This document shows, piece after piece, positions 45,556 through 55,095 of a stretch of 64,000 bases of DNA (position 1 is the stretch's first letter; the number at the start of each line of letters is the position of its first letter). The position numbers and the translations under genes are program-made. Origin of the DNA: Oscillospiraceae bacterium (GTDB taxonomy: Bacteria > Bacillota > Clostridia > Oscillospirales > Oscillospiraceae); assembly GCA_017518225.1 (NCBI GenBank), contig JAFWVV010000038.1:981-64980 (forward strand), written 5' to 3'. A model generated the notes under the pieces. It did not search any database. It saw only the letters and a list, made by a program, of their open reading frames with translations, and was not told the DNA's origin.

Positions 45556-46350
45556 TTACTGATAGAAATCCGTAATAATGCCGCGCGGACAGACCTCGGC
45601 GCAGTGGCCGCAGCCGGTGCATTTTTCCGGATCGACCTCCGGCAGAAAGTCCTTGACAACAATGGCCTCCGCCGGGCACTCGCGCTGGCACTTCATGCAG
45701 CCGATGCAGCCGGCCTTGCACATTTTCGTGACAGACGCGCCCTTGTCGCGGCTGCGGCAGGCCGGATGGATGCGCAGGCTCTCCGGGATCAGGCTGATGA
45801 TGCTTTTGGGGCAGGCCTCCACACAGGCGCCGCAGCCGACACACTTGCTGCGATTTACCCGTGCGACGCCGTTGGCCAAATGCATTGCGTCAAAGCTGCA
45901 GACCCTCACACAGTTGCCCATGCCGATGCAGGCAAAGGTGCAGAGCTTGTTGCTTTTGCCGCCGAAGAGCATCGCGGCGCGGCAGTCTCGCGGGCCGGAG
46001 TAGTTGAAGCGCGGCTCCGCAATCCCATCACCGCCTGAACAGGCGACAAAAGCCACCTTCTTTTCCGCCGCATCATTGACAACGCCCATAATCTGCGCGA
46101 TTTGGTCGTGAACCTCCGGGTCGACGACCACGCACTTATTGCCGGGCGCTTCGCCCTTTGCCACCGCCGCCGCATAGCCGTCACAGCCGGGATAGCCGCA
46201 GCCTCCGCAGTTAGCGCCGGCAAGGCACTCTCGCACCGCCGCCTGCCTGGGATCGACTTCCACGTGGAAGACCTTCGCCGCCAGAGCGAGGATCAGTCCG
46301 AAGATCGCGCCGAGGGCGCCAAGGACAAGGACAGCATATAAAATCGTCAT
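45556..46350 (-). CDS. rnfB: Rnf complex subunit B (polyferredoxin)
   Basis: N-terminal TM helix, CGGCGYPGCDGYA, and several CxxCxxCxxxCP clusters. Confidence 0.9.
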   Translation of the reverse strand: MTILYAVLVLGALGAIFGLILALAAKVFHVEVDPRQAAVRECLAGANCGGCGYPGCDGYAAAVAKGEAPGNKCVVVDPEVHDQIAQIMGVVNDAAEKKVAFVACSGGDGIAEPRFNYSGPRDCRAAMLFGGKSNKLCTFACIGMGNCVRVCSFDAMHLANGVARVNRSKCVGCGACVEACPKSIISLIPESLRIHPACRSRDKGASVTKMCKAGCIGCMKCQRECPAEAIVVKDFLPEVDPEKCTGCGHCAEVCPRGIITDFYQ

Positions 46351-46367
46351 GTTCCCTCCGCCCCCTC

Positions 46368-46958
46368 TCAGAAAATCTTCATCCCGCTAAAGCCCATAAA
46401 GGCCAGCGCCAGCAGTCCCGCCGTCACGAGACTGATCGGGAAGCCCTTAAAGCTCTCGGGATACTCGGAAAACTCGATGCGCTCGCGCATGCTGGCAAAC
46501 AGTACGATCGCCAGCATGAAGCCCAGACCGCCCGTGATGCCATGGACGACAGCCTCGATGAAGTTATAGTCCTCCTGCACATTCAGCAGTACCACGCCGA
46601 GTACCGCGCAGTTGGTGGTGATCAGCGGCAGATAGATACCGAGCGCAGCATACAGCGAGGGTACCATCTTTTTGAGAAACATCTCCACAAACTGCACCAG
46701 CGCGGCAATAACCAGAATAAAAGCCAGAGTCTGCAGAAAGCCGAGACCAAGCGCCACCAGCAGCATGTTGACAACGTAGCAGATCGCCGAGGCGATCCCC
46801 ATCACGAACACGACCGCGAGACCCATGCCGGCAGCCGTCTCCACCTTGTTGGAGCAGCCGAGGAAGGGACAGCAGCCCAAAAACTGCGAGAAAATAAAGT
46901 TGTTGATGAGGATCGCGCCGAGGGAGATCGAAAGAAGCCTGGTCAGCTGTTCCATCAT
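46368..46958 (-). CDS. rnfA: Rnf complex subunit A
   Basis: 196 aa integral membrane protein, NNFIFSQFLGCCPFLG. Confidence 0.9.
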   Translation of the reverse strand: MMEQLTRLLSISLGAILINNFIFSQFLGCCPFLGCSNKVETAAGMGLAVVFVMGIASAICYVVNMLLVALGLGFLQTLAFILVIAALVQFVEMFLKKMVPSLYAALGIYLPLITTNCAVLGVVLLNVQEDYNFIEAVVHGITGGLGFMLAIVLFASMRERIEFSEYPESFKGFPISLVTAGLLALAFMGFSGMKIF

Positions 46959-47650
46959 GCCTCACTCGCCTCCTCTTTTTTCAGCTTTTTTGCAGCCTTT
47001 TCTTTTTTCTCCGCGCTCTTTTTCAGCGCGTACTGCATCGCCGCAAACAGAAAGCCCAGCGTCAAAAAGCCGCCGACCGGGAGCGTCAGAATGCCCGCAC
47101 CGAATTCCTCGGGAAAAATCCGAATACCGGCGCCGGTGCCATCGAGCGTCAGGCCGCGCGCAAGATCGATCAAACCCCCGCCAAAACGGCCGCTGCCCAA
47201 AAGCTCACGGATCACGCTCATGGCGACCAGCACCACCGTATAGCCCAGGCCCTGCGTCACACCGTCGACGAAGGAGGCAGCCACGGTGTTTTTCTGGCAA
47301 AAGGCCTCGGCGCGGCCGATGATGATGCAGTTGACGACGATCAGCGGAATAAACACGCCGAGCGAGGCGCTGAGCGCCGGGATAAACGCCTGCAGCAGCA
47401 GATCGACGATGGTAACAAAGCCCGCAATCACCACTACGAAGATCGCCAGACGAATCTCGCCGGGGATAATCTTGCGGATGGCCGAGACGACGACGTTGCA
47501 GGCTGTCAGGATAATCAGCACGGAAAGACCCATGCCGATACCGTTAAAGAGCGAGGTGGTGATCGCCATCGTGGCGCACATGCCAAGCTGCTGCACCAGG
47601 ATGGGGTTATTCGTAATCACGCCCTCTTTGAGCTGTTTTCTAAAGTTCAT
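46955..47650 (-). CDS. rnfE: Rnf complex subunit E
   Basis: NNPILVQQLGMCATMA, with a lysine-rich C-terminal tail; overlaps rnfA. Confidence 0.9.
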   Translation of the reverse strand: MNFRKQLKEGVITNNPILVQQLGMCATMAITTSLFNGIGMGLSVLIILTACNVVVSAIRKIIPGEIRLAIFVVVIAGFVTIVDLLLQAFIPALSASLGVFIPLIVVNCIIIGRAEAFCQKNTVAASFVDGVTQGLGYTVVLVAMSVIRELLGSGRFGGGLIDLARGLTLDGTGAGIRIFPEEFGAGILTLPVGGFLTLGFLFAAMQYALKKSAEKKEKAAKKLKKEEASEA

Positions 47651-47662
47651 AGCGCTCCCTCC

Positions 47663-48226
47663 TTATGCCAGATCCCGCACGGCCAAAATAGCCGCCAGAG
47701 TCGCATTGGTCACGCTGCGGGAGGTGATGGTCGCGCCGGAGAGCGCATCGATCGCGCCTCCCTCTCTCGTCAGGGCAATGCTTTCATCCTGTCCCTTGAA
47801 CTGCGCGCGGAAATTGACGCCGACCTCCGCCGTGCTTGCGGCATTCGCTCCCAAGCCTGAGGTCTCCGCGTGCCGGGTGATCGAAATCCCCGTGCATTGG
47901 AACAAGAGATTCACGCCGACGACCATCGTGATATTGCCCTGTGCGCCGGAAACCTCCGTTTCAACGACATAGCCCTTGCCGTTATTGGCACGAGAGATAC
48001 ACAGAATCTTCACCTTTTGCCCGTTGGCGCTGACCGTAAATGCTTGATCGCACAGCGTCTCATAGCCCTCGCTCGACGCCAGCACAGCGCCGTAGGCCGC
48101 CGCGGTCTTTTGCGCCTGCAGCTCGTCAATGCGACGGTAAGTCAGCTCATTGACCACGCCAAGTACCGCCGCCACGATCGCGCAAATCAAAAACAGCACC
48201 AGACTGAGCTTCCACACATTTTTCAT
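47663..48226 (-). CDS. rnfG: Rnf complex subunit G (FMN-binding)
   Basis: N-terminal TM helix, with IDALSGATITSRSV as the covalent-FMN site. Confidence 0.88.
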   Translation of the reverse strand: MKNVWKLSLVLFLICAIVAAVLGVVNELTYRRIDELQAQKTAAAYGAVLASSEGYETLCDQAFTVSANGQKVKILCISRANNGKGYVVETEVSGAQGNITMVVGVNLLFQCTGISITRHAETSGLGANAASTAEVGVNFRAQFKGQDESIALTREGGAIDALSGATITSRSVTNATLAAILAVRDLA

Positions 48227-49281
48227 GCGTCTGCGCCCCCCTTCGCCGCTTTTTTCGCCGCTTTTTTCGCCGCCTTCTCTGCTGCAACGTCCTCTGCGCT
48301 CACGCCGAATTGACGGCGCCGGAAGCCCTTGTCAATCGCCCAGGCGCAGATGTTCATCAGCAAAATGGCATAGGTCACGCCCTCCGGGTAGGCGCCGAAA
48401 TAGCGGAGCAGCACCGTGATCGCGCCGCAGCCGAAGCCGTAGAGCAGCTGGCCGCCCAGCGTCACGGGGCTTGTCGCGTAGTCGGTCGCCATAAAGATGG
48501 CCGTCAGCAGCAGCGCGCCGCTCGCGAGGTTATAGGCCATAAACTCCATACGGCCATAGCCCTTGTGGCCAAAAATCAGCGTCAGAAGCGCCACCGTTGC
48601 GATAAAGGAGACGGGGATGCGCCAGGAAATCACCTTGCGCGCGATCAGATAGAGGCCGCCGAGCAGCAGCGCCAGCGCGCAGATCTCGCCCATCGCGCCG
48701 GGGCGCATACCCAGCAGCATCGAACGCAGATTGTAATAAGCAGGCATCGCTTCTCCGGCCTTGAGATAGCTCAAGGGCGTTGCCGCAGATATGCCGTCTA
48801 TCTCTTTCAATAGCGAGTGCGGCACGGGAAACTGCCCCATCAGCATCGTATAGGAGGCCAGCAAAAACGCGCGCGCAGCCAGCGCGGGATTCAAAAAGTT
48901 CTTGCCGAGACCGCCGTAGAGCTGCTTGACAACGACGATAGCGAAGAAGCTTCCGATCACGGGCAGCCACAAGGGCGCCGCGGGCGGCATCGTCAAGGCG
49001 ATCAGCAGACCCGTCAGCGCCGCGGACAGATCGCCGATGCTCGCGCTCTTTTTCAAAAGCCGCCGATAGCCCCATTCAAAGAAGACCGCCGAGGCGACGG
49101 ACACGCCGATCATCAGCAGACAGTAAAAGCCAAACTGCCATACCGCCACGCCGACCGCCGGCAGCAGCGCGAGGATCACGTCCAGCATCAGCCGACGGGT
49201 GTCTGTTTTTGCGCGTACCTGCGGCTGATAGGCCACATCCAGCACGATCCGCTCTTTGGGATCAAAGACATATTCGCTCAT
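48223..49281 (-). CDS. rnfD: Rnf complex subunit D
   Basis: 352 aa polytopic membrane protein of the RnfD/NqrB type; 4-nt overlaps on both sides. Confidence 0.88.
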   Translation of the reverse strand: MSEYVFDPKERIVLDVAYQPQVRAKTDTRRLMLDVILALLPAVGVAVWQFGFYCLLMIGVSVASAVFFEWGYRRLLKKSASIGDLSAALTGLLIALTMPPAAPLWLPVIGSFFAIVVVKQLYGGLGKNFLNPALAARAFLLASYTMLMGQFPVPHSLLKEIDGISAATPLSYLKAGEAMPAYYNLRSMLLGMRPGAMGEICALALLLGGLYLIARKVISWRIPVSFIATVALLTLIFGHKGYGRMEFMAYNLASGALLLTAIFMATDYATSPVTLGGQLLYGFGCGAITVLLRYFGAYPEGVTYAILLMNICAWAIDKGFRRRQFGVSAEDVAAEKAAKKAAKKAAKGGADA

Positions 49282-50642
49282 CCGGCGCTCTCCTCCCTTC
49301 GTGCCGCGGCTTCCGCCCGCGCCTTTTCGTTGGCGGCCTTGGCCTGGAACATCAGCTTGGCCGTCTTGAAGGCGTGGGTCAGCGGCATGCGTGCCGGACA
49401 GTTATAGGCGCAGCTGCCGCACTCAAAGCAGTCGGTAATGTGGTATTTCGCCATGTTCTCGTAGTCGCCCTTGCTGTAGTACATGTACATGAACACGGGC
49501 TCAAGGTGCATCGGACAGACCGTCAGGCACTTGCCGCAGCGGATGCAGCTCGGCTCCTCGATGTTTTTGTCCTCTTTCTCGGTGAAAAACAGCACGCCCG
49601 CCGTGCCCTTGATGTTGGGCGCGTCAAAGCTCGTCGCACAGATGCCCATCATCGGCCCGCCCAGCACGATCTTGCGCGGGCGCTTGACAAAGCCGCCGCA
49701 CTGCTCGGCGAGATAACCAAAGGGCGTGCCCACGCGCGTCAGCGCGTTGACCGGGGCTTTCATCGCGCTGCCCGCCACGGTAACGATGCGCTGGATGACC
49801 GGCTTTCCTATGTAACAGGCCTGATAGACCGCAAAGCAGGTGCGCGTGCTGACGACGTTTGCGCCCACGCCGGAGGGAATGCCGCCGGGCTTGACCTCGC
49901 GTCCGGTGATCGCCTTGACCTGCATTTTCTCCGCGCCCTGTGGATATTTGACCTCCTCCGGCACGATCTCGACGCCGTACTGCTCCGGGTGGAAGGAATT
50001 GAGCAGGTCAATGGCGTCCTGCTTGTTCTTCTCAATGCCGTAGTAGGCCTTGTCCAGACCGCCGGCAATGCGCACCAGCTCGATGCCCTTCAGCAGCTCC
50101 TCCGGGTGCGCGAGCATGGTCAGATGGTCGCCGTTGAGATAGGGCTCGCACTCGGCGCCGTTGATGATGAGCTTATCGACCTTGCCAATGCCGCCGCGGA
50201 TTTTGAAGCTCGTAGGAAACATTGCCCCGCCCATACCGACAACGCCGGCCTCTCGGATGCGCTCGAGGATAGCCTCGGGCTCTCTGAGCTGCTCCGGCGT
50301 CATGGGCGCAAGCTCCGTGCAGGGCGTGTCCAGATAATCATTCTCAATCACGACGGACATCACCATGTCACCCAGCGGATGCGGGCGCGGCTCCACGGCT
50401 ACGACCGTTCCGGAGACCGAGGCGTGTACCGGCGCAGAAACCGGAGCCGGATTTTCCCCGATTTTCTGTCCCATTGTCACCTTTTCGCCCTTCTGTACAA
50501 GCGGGCGGTTCGGCGCACCGATATGTTGGATCATGGGGATGACGACCTGCGGAGGCGGCTTGATCACGGTCACCGGAACTTCCGGCGCCTTGCAATAGTC
50601 GGGGTGCACGCCCCCGTGAAAGGAATGTGCCATACGCTTCAC
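49278..50642 (-). CDS. rnfC: Rnf complex subunit C
   Basis: GMGGAMFPT NADH/FMN site and two clusters CIRCGKCLTVCP / CFECGSCAYNCP. Confidence 0.92.
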   Translation of the reverse strand: MKRMAHSFHGGVHPDYCKAPEVPVTVIKPPPQVVIPMIQHIGAPNRPLVQKGEKVTMGQKIGENPAPVSAPVHASVSGTVVAVEPRPHPLGDMVMSVVIENDYLDTPCTELAPMTPEQLREPEAILERIREAGVVGMGGAMFPTSFKIRGGIGKVDKLIINGAECEPYLNGDHLTMLAHPEELLKGIELVRIAGGLDKAYYGIEKNKQDAIDLLNSFHPEQYGVEIVPEEVKYPQGAEKMQVKAITGREVKPGGIPSGVGANVVSTRTCFAVYQACYIGKPVIQRIVTVAGSAMKAPVNALTRVGTPFGYLAEQCGGFVKRPRKIVLGGPMMGICATSFDAPNIKGTAGVLFFTEKEDKNIEEPSCIRCGKCLTVCPMHLEPVFMYMYYSKGDYENMAKYHITDCFECGSCAYNCPARMPLTHAFKTAKLMFQAKAANEKARAEAAARREESAG

Positions 50643-50793
50643 CTCACCTTTTTTACCCCCTTATCATAGCATAGTCGCGCCTTGTCTGTCCAGCGATTTT
50701 CCGCCGTTTTTTCGTCATTTTCAATAGATAAGTTTCTGACAATCCCGTTATCTTTTTGTCAATTGCACAAAACCGCTCTTTCAGATACAAACA

Positions 50794-50830
50794 AACGCTG
50801 TGCATCCCGTTTTCGGGCAGCACAGCGTTT
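50794..50830 (-). terminator. hairpin after the 439-aa surface-protein gene
   Basis: AAACGCTGTGC...GCACAGCGTTT with an inner CCCG-TTTT-CGGG. Confidence 0.55.
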
Positions 50831-50849
50831 GCTGATACTTGTTGATGGT

Positions 50850-52169
50850 TTATAGTCTATCCTCTTCCAGGCGATGGATCTTATTGTGAAGCAAAATGCT
50901 CTGAACAATCAACAGCGCGCCCAGCGCCGCGCTGACAATGGCAAGAACAATGACAACGGCGGGCTTTTTCTCTTTCACCGTTCTCTGCGCCGTGAGCTCG
51001 TTGGTTTTGACCGCTTCCTCGACCGTAAGGCTCATCGGCATCTCATAGGACACGCCATTGCCGTCGTTGTCCTCCGCGGAAACGATAAGCGTTCCGTCAA
51101 AGCTGCCGAGCGCATCCTTTGGCGCGGTGACGGTAAGCTGCGCCTGTTTGGTTTCGCCGGGCTGGATCGTACCGACGAGCACACTCTGCCGCTCGGTGAT
51201 CCCCGGCAGACAGATCGTGACCATAGCATTCCGGACTTCCGCTTTTCCCATGTTCATGAGCGGCAGCGAGGCGGTGATCGAATCCCCGGCCACGACGCTG
51301 TTTGCCATACGCAGACCGCCCTGCTCCAGACGGATTTCCTGCCGCACAGTCACCGTGTAGCACAAGGAGAGCCTGATATCCTCCCCCAGGGACTGGCCGC
51401 TGAAATCCAAGCGCAGGCTATGCGGCGTGACCCTTGCGCCGGCCAGAACCGTCACCGGAAACGACAGTTCCCTGCTCTCGCCCGGCTTCAGATCGCCAAC
51501 AGCAACGGTGTCCAGTCCTTGCGGAAGAACATCCCCGCTGGGGTCGCTCACCGTCAGCAAAAGATTCTCATAGCCGACACGCTGTCCGGGGTTTGTGATC
51601 GTCAGAGCCAGCAGTCCATCCTCCCCGATGGACAAAGCGGAGCCGGCGTCTGCAATCGCAAGCTGCAAGGGCTCCTTGTTTGGCATGCCGTCGCGGATGG
51701 GAATGACAAGCGGAATCTCGGCTTTGCGCTCCCCACCGTCCGCGTCTTTACCGACAAGCAGAACCTTGCAGGGATAATCGCCGTTCACGCGGTCAGAAAA
51801 CAGGGCGAGAGAAAAACGCAGCGCCCAAAGCTCGTCCTCCACGCGCTGGACTTTGGCGCTCATGTTCTGCGCTTTAAAAGGCGAGATCGTCTCGTCTTGT
51901 ACAAGCAGCTGCGCGCTGAGCTCGCTCACAGCCTTGTCTGCTCGGATTGGCAGCACCAGATTCATGCGATCCCATGAGACGCTCGGCTCATAGCCCTGCA
52001 GCCACGAGCGGCTCATGTCGTTGAAAACGGCGTGTTCGTCAATAGTAAAGCTGTCTGTTCCCTCCGCGAAAACGCCGGGGATCATGGATGCAAGCAGCAC
52101 AGCCAGCAGAACAACGACTGTCATTCTGAGCAAAGCCACGCAGCGGCGCTGTCGAAGAACTTTATTCAT
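50850..52169 (-). CDS. cell-surface protein with repeated beta-sandwich (CARDB/COG1361-like) segments, signal peptide and C-terminal TM anchor
   Basis: Signal peptide ...VVVLLAVLLASMIPGVFAEG. Repeated L-PGE-S/T-x-E/Q...V-T-V blocks (GDLKPGESRELSFPVTV, IQPGETKQAQLTVTAP). C-terminal helix AVVIVLAIVSAALGALLIV. Confidence 0.65.
   Translation of the reverse strand: MNKVLRQRRCVALLRMTVVVLLAVLLASMIPGVFAEGTDSFTIDEHAVFNDMSRSWLQGYEPSVSWDRMNLVLPIRADKAVSELSAQLLVQDETISPFKAQNMSAKVQRVEDELWALRFSLALFSDRVNGDYPCKVLLVGKDADGGERKAEIPLVIPIRDGMPNKEPLQLAIADAGSALSIGEDGLLALTITNPGQRVGYENLLLTVSDPSGDVLPQGLDTVAVGDLKPGESRELSFPVTVLAGARVTPHSLRLDFSGQSLGEDIRLSLCYTVTVRQEIRLEQGGLRMANSVVAGDSITASLPLMNMGKAEVRNAMVTICLPGITERQSVLVGTIQPGETKQAQLTVTAPKDALGSFDGTLIVSAEDNDGNGVSYEMPMSLTVEEAVKTNELTAQRTVKEKKPAVVIVLAIVSAALGALLIVQSILLHNKIHRLEEDRL
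52120..52160. repeat. copy of the left-arm repeat of the GIY-YIG cassette, embedded in the 5' end of the 50850-52169 CDS
   Basis: GTCATTCTGAGCAAAGCCACGCAGCGGCGCTGTCGAAGAAC versus 52216-52257 GTCATTGCGAGCGAAGCCGCGCAGCGGCGCTGTCGAAGAATC. Confidence 0.8.
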
Positions 52170-52215
52170 TTCTCTTTCCTTTCCCTTTTACAATTCTTTG
52201 TCCCTGCAAAAGCAT

Positions 52216-52312
52216 GTCATTGCGAGCGAAGCCGCGCAGCGGCGCTGTCGAAGAATCTTATTCGTTTCAAGGAATAGATCCTTCGACTTCGCTGCGCTCC
52301 GCTCAGGATGAC
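52216..52312. mobile_element. gene-less miniature (97 nt) of the GIY-YIG cassette: left-arm-like and right-arm-like repeats separated by 19 nt
   Basis: 52216-52257 resembles 55895-55937, and 52277-52312 (GATCCTTCGACTTCGCTGCGCTCCGCTCAGGATGAC) resembles 56232-56267. The arms are mutually complementary in blocks (GTCAT, GAGCG, GCAGCG, GTCGAAG). Confidence 0.6.
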
Positions 52313-52320
52313 AGCTTGCT

Positions 52321-55095
52321 TTACAGATCCCGAATATTTTCTACGATGCTCCGATCCAGCACGGTCTTCAGTCGAACACGCAGCCCTGCCAGGCAACACA
52401 GCGCGCAAAGCAAGCCCAGAACAACCATACCGCCAACAATAACCGACATATTAGCCTTGACATTCACCATGGAGGAATGTATCCATAATGCGACGGCGAT
52501 ATACAGCGCAATGGCCAGCACGGTTCCGGCGGCCGTTGTCAGGATTGTGGGCAGGCGGTAGACCTCCTGCAAGGCCTTCTCGTCCGCACCCACGGCACGG
52601 AGCGTACCGATCATACGGGCGTCCGCGCGGATGCGCCGCGAAGTTCCACTTACCTGCATGGCGACCGCCACCGTGAAAAACAGCAGCATCATACCACCGA
52701 AAAGCAAGAACACGGCACGAATGGATTCCTTTTCCTCTCGCCACCATTGCAGCCCATTGCGCAATTCCATGTTGCCGCGCATGGCGATCCGTCCGATTTG
52801 CTCTTCCAGCGCCCGTTCAGTCTCCATATCCACATCGCCCGTCAGATAAATCGAAACCTCATTCAAATGAGCCAGCTCAAAGCCCATTGCCGCTGCGCCC
52901 TTCTCCGTTGTCAGCAAACATAGCTCGGTCGGATAGCTGAGCGGCGTGCCCGTGAGTACAGCGCCCACCGTCGGCGCTGCGTTCCGGCGCTTCATCCGGG
53001 AAAAGGCGGTCAAATAGCTGTTGTAATCGTTTTCGTCGCCTGGAAACCCTCCGTCGTAGAGCAGCTGCGTCAGCTCCAGCGTCATCCCGGCATGAAACCA
53101 GTCGTTTTCCAGCACCGCCATCTGTCTTCCCGGCAGGCGTTCGTCGGTCGTGGCGACATATCGCAGCCCTTCCAAATCTCCGGTATCTTTGATATAAAGC
53201 TTCGGCGCATAGACCAGAATCTGCTCTCCGGCATCGATCGCGGCAAGATCCACCTTGCCCTCAGCGATTCGGTCAGAATCGTCCGCGTTCTCCAAATCTG
53301 CGACACGCAACCTAATTCGTACCGGCTTTCCCGACAAAGAGAACGCGTCCTGCGCCGCGCGCATTTTCTGATATACGGCATAGCTGTTCCATGCCTCCAA
53401 GGACGCCGGATCATTGTCCATCGAGGGCTCCGGATCGCTTTCCTCTCGCAGAAGATATCTTCCGCCCATTGCGTCGAGCACAGCCTCCGCATCCGCTCCC
53501 TGCGCGGCGCCGACGCCGGTCAGATAGCTTGGAAGCGCAGCATCGGGCAGCTGAAGCATAACGATGCATTCGCCCTCAATCGACGCCTCTTCCACATACG
53601 GCGTCGCGCGAAGCTGGGCTAAATCCCCGTCGCTGAGAGTTTCTTTTGATTTCGAGTCGGCAAAATGATACATCAACTGCCCGGCAAATTCGTCGCGGTC
53701 GTAGGTCGTACGGTAAAGCTTGAACGCTACGGGGCGGCTGCGGGCCAATTCACCCACCGCGTCATAGACGATCTCCCCCACCAGCGCTGCGCACAGCAAA
53801 GAGGCCACGACCATCAGCATAGCTCCCACCTGCCGCCAGGGATGCAGCCGCAACTGTCGTCCGGCGATCAGTCTGGTGGACGGAAAGCTGCTGCGGCTTT
53901 TGAAAGCTCTCGCCCTGCGAAGCATCGCGGTGTCGCGCAGCACGCCCATGGGCAGCTGTCGCGAGGCGCGCCAGAGCGGCAGCGCCGAGGACAGGAAAAC
54001 ACAAACCAATGACACCACCGCAACAGGCAGCAACAGCCAAATGGGCGCCGCAAAGTACATTTGCTCCGATTGGATTCGGCAAAGCAGCCACACGGCGGCA
54101 AGGCCAAGGCCAAAGCCCAAAGGCAGCGCAATAGCACTCAGAAGCCAGGCATCGCGCCCGAAAATGCGCCGGATCTGCCGCCGGGTCGCGCCGACAGCCC
54201 GCAGCATGCCGATCTCCTCGGTTTTGGCGGCAAGCACGCTCTCCATCGCCGAGGCGATTCCGATGCCGGTGCACAAGAGCAGGGACGCGCCCAAAATCAG
54301 CATCATGCCCATCCCGCCGACGAACACACTCCGATCATAGTCGGCGGGGTCTTCCGATCTGACCTGTCCCTCCGCCCGGCTGACCGCCAGAACGACAGCA
54401 TTTTCCAGCGAGTGATGCTCGCAAACCTTCGTATAATTGACCAGCGGAGCGTATTCCGCCACGCGGTGGATCGCCGGGCGTCCATCGGAAAAACGCTCCT
54501 CCGGCGAAACGATCACAGACGGCCATCGCATCTCACGCCCCAGAGACCAATACCAGTTTTCTCCGTTGAGATTTCCGGACTGTTCGTTCAAAAATCCGAC
54601 GATGGTGAAGCTGCGCTCGATTTCCGTTCCGTCCACAGGCTGGATTTTCCAGGTCACCGTATCGCCAATCCCAGCCTCCAGGCGCAGCTTTTCCAGCGCG
54701 CTTTTTTCAATGGCGACCTCGCCCGCCTTTTCCGGCAGCCGGCCCTCCCGGCAACCCTGGTTTATGATCTGTGCGCCGCTGTCGTCGGCATATCCCAGGC
54801 AGACGCCGCTGTCCTTAACTGCGGCAAGAACAACGACACGGCCAAGATTTAAGAACAGGCCGCTCTGACGAAGCTGCTCGTCGGTCAGATCCGGCTCGTC
54901 GTAAATGACGCAGTCCGTATCGCCGACCATGCGACGGATGTGCTGCTGCAGAGAATCAAAAATGCCATAACAGAAAACGCTGACTGCCGTCGCGAAAAAC
55001 ACCGCCAGCACGATCCCGACGGCTAAGCTGATGTAAGTTTTGCGATTGGCACGGATGGAGGCCGCGGAAATGCGGTTCAGGGTCAAGCGTTTCAT
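52321..55095 (-). CDS. ABC transporter permease with two FtsX-type domains (924 aa)
   Basis: MKRLTLNRISAASIRANRKTYISL N-terminus. Two 4-TM FtsX-like modules separated by large extracytoplasmic regions. A 4-nt overlap with the ATPase gene. Confidence 0.8.
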   Translation of the reverse strand: MKRLTLNRISAASIRANRKTYISLAVGIVLAVFFATAVSVFCYGIFDSLQQHIRRMVGDTDCVIYDEPDLTDEQLRQSGLFLNLGRVVVLAAVKDSGVCLGYADDSGAQIINQGCREGRLPEKAGEVAIEKSALEKLRLEAGIGDTVTWKIQPVDGTEIERSFTIVGFLNEQSGNLNGENWYWSLGREMRWPSVIVSPEERFSDGRPAIHRVAEYAPLVNYTKVCEHHSLENAVVLAVSRAEGQVRSEDPADYDRSVFVGGMGMMLILGASLLLCTGIGIASAMESVLAAKTEEIGMLRAVGATRRQIRRIFGRDAWLLSAIALPLGFGLGLAAVWLLCRIQSEQMYFAAPIWLLLPVAVVSLVCVFLSSALPLWRASRQLPMGVLRDTAMLRRARAFKSRSSFPSTRLIAGRQLRLHPWRQVGAMLMVVASLLCAALVGEIVYDAVGELARSRPVAFKLYRTTYDRDEFAGQLMYHFADSKSKETLSDGDLAQLRATPYVEEASIEGECIVMLQLPDAALPSYLTGVGAAQGADAEAVLDAMGGRYLLREESDPEPSMDNDPASLEAWNSYAVYQKMRAAQDAFSLSGKPVRIRLRVADLENADDSDRIAEGKVDLAAIDAGEQILVYAPKLYIKDTGDLEGLRYVATTDERLPGRQMAVLENDWFHAGMTLELTQLLYDGGFPGDENDYNSYLTAFSRMKRRNAAPTVGAVLTGTPLSYPTELCLLTTEKGAAAMGFELAHLNEVSIYLTGDVDMETERALEEQIGRIAMRGNMELRNGLQWWREEKESIRAVFLLFGGMMLLFFTVAVAMQVSGTSRRIRADARMIGTLRAVGADEKALQEVYRLPTILTTAAGTVLAIALYIAVALWIHSSMVNVKANMSVIVGGMVVLGLLCALCCLAGLRVRLKTVLDRSIVENIRDL

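Noticed and set aside
50720-50790. Near-palindrome TTTGTCAATTGCACAAA upstream of rnfC as a possible Rex operator
   Set aside because: The half-site spacing does not fit the Rex consensus TTGTGAA-N4-TTCACAA, and I could not place a convincing promoter next to it.
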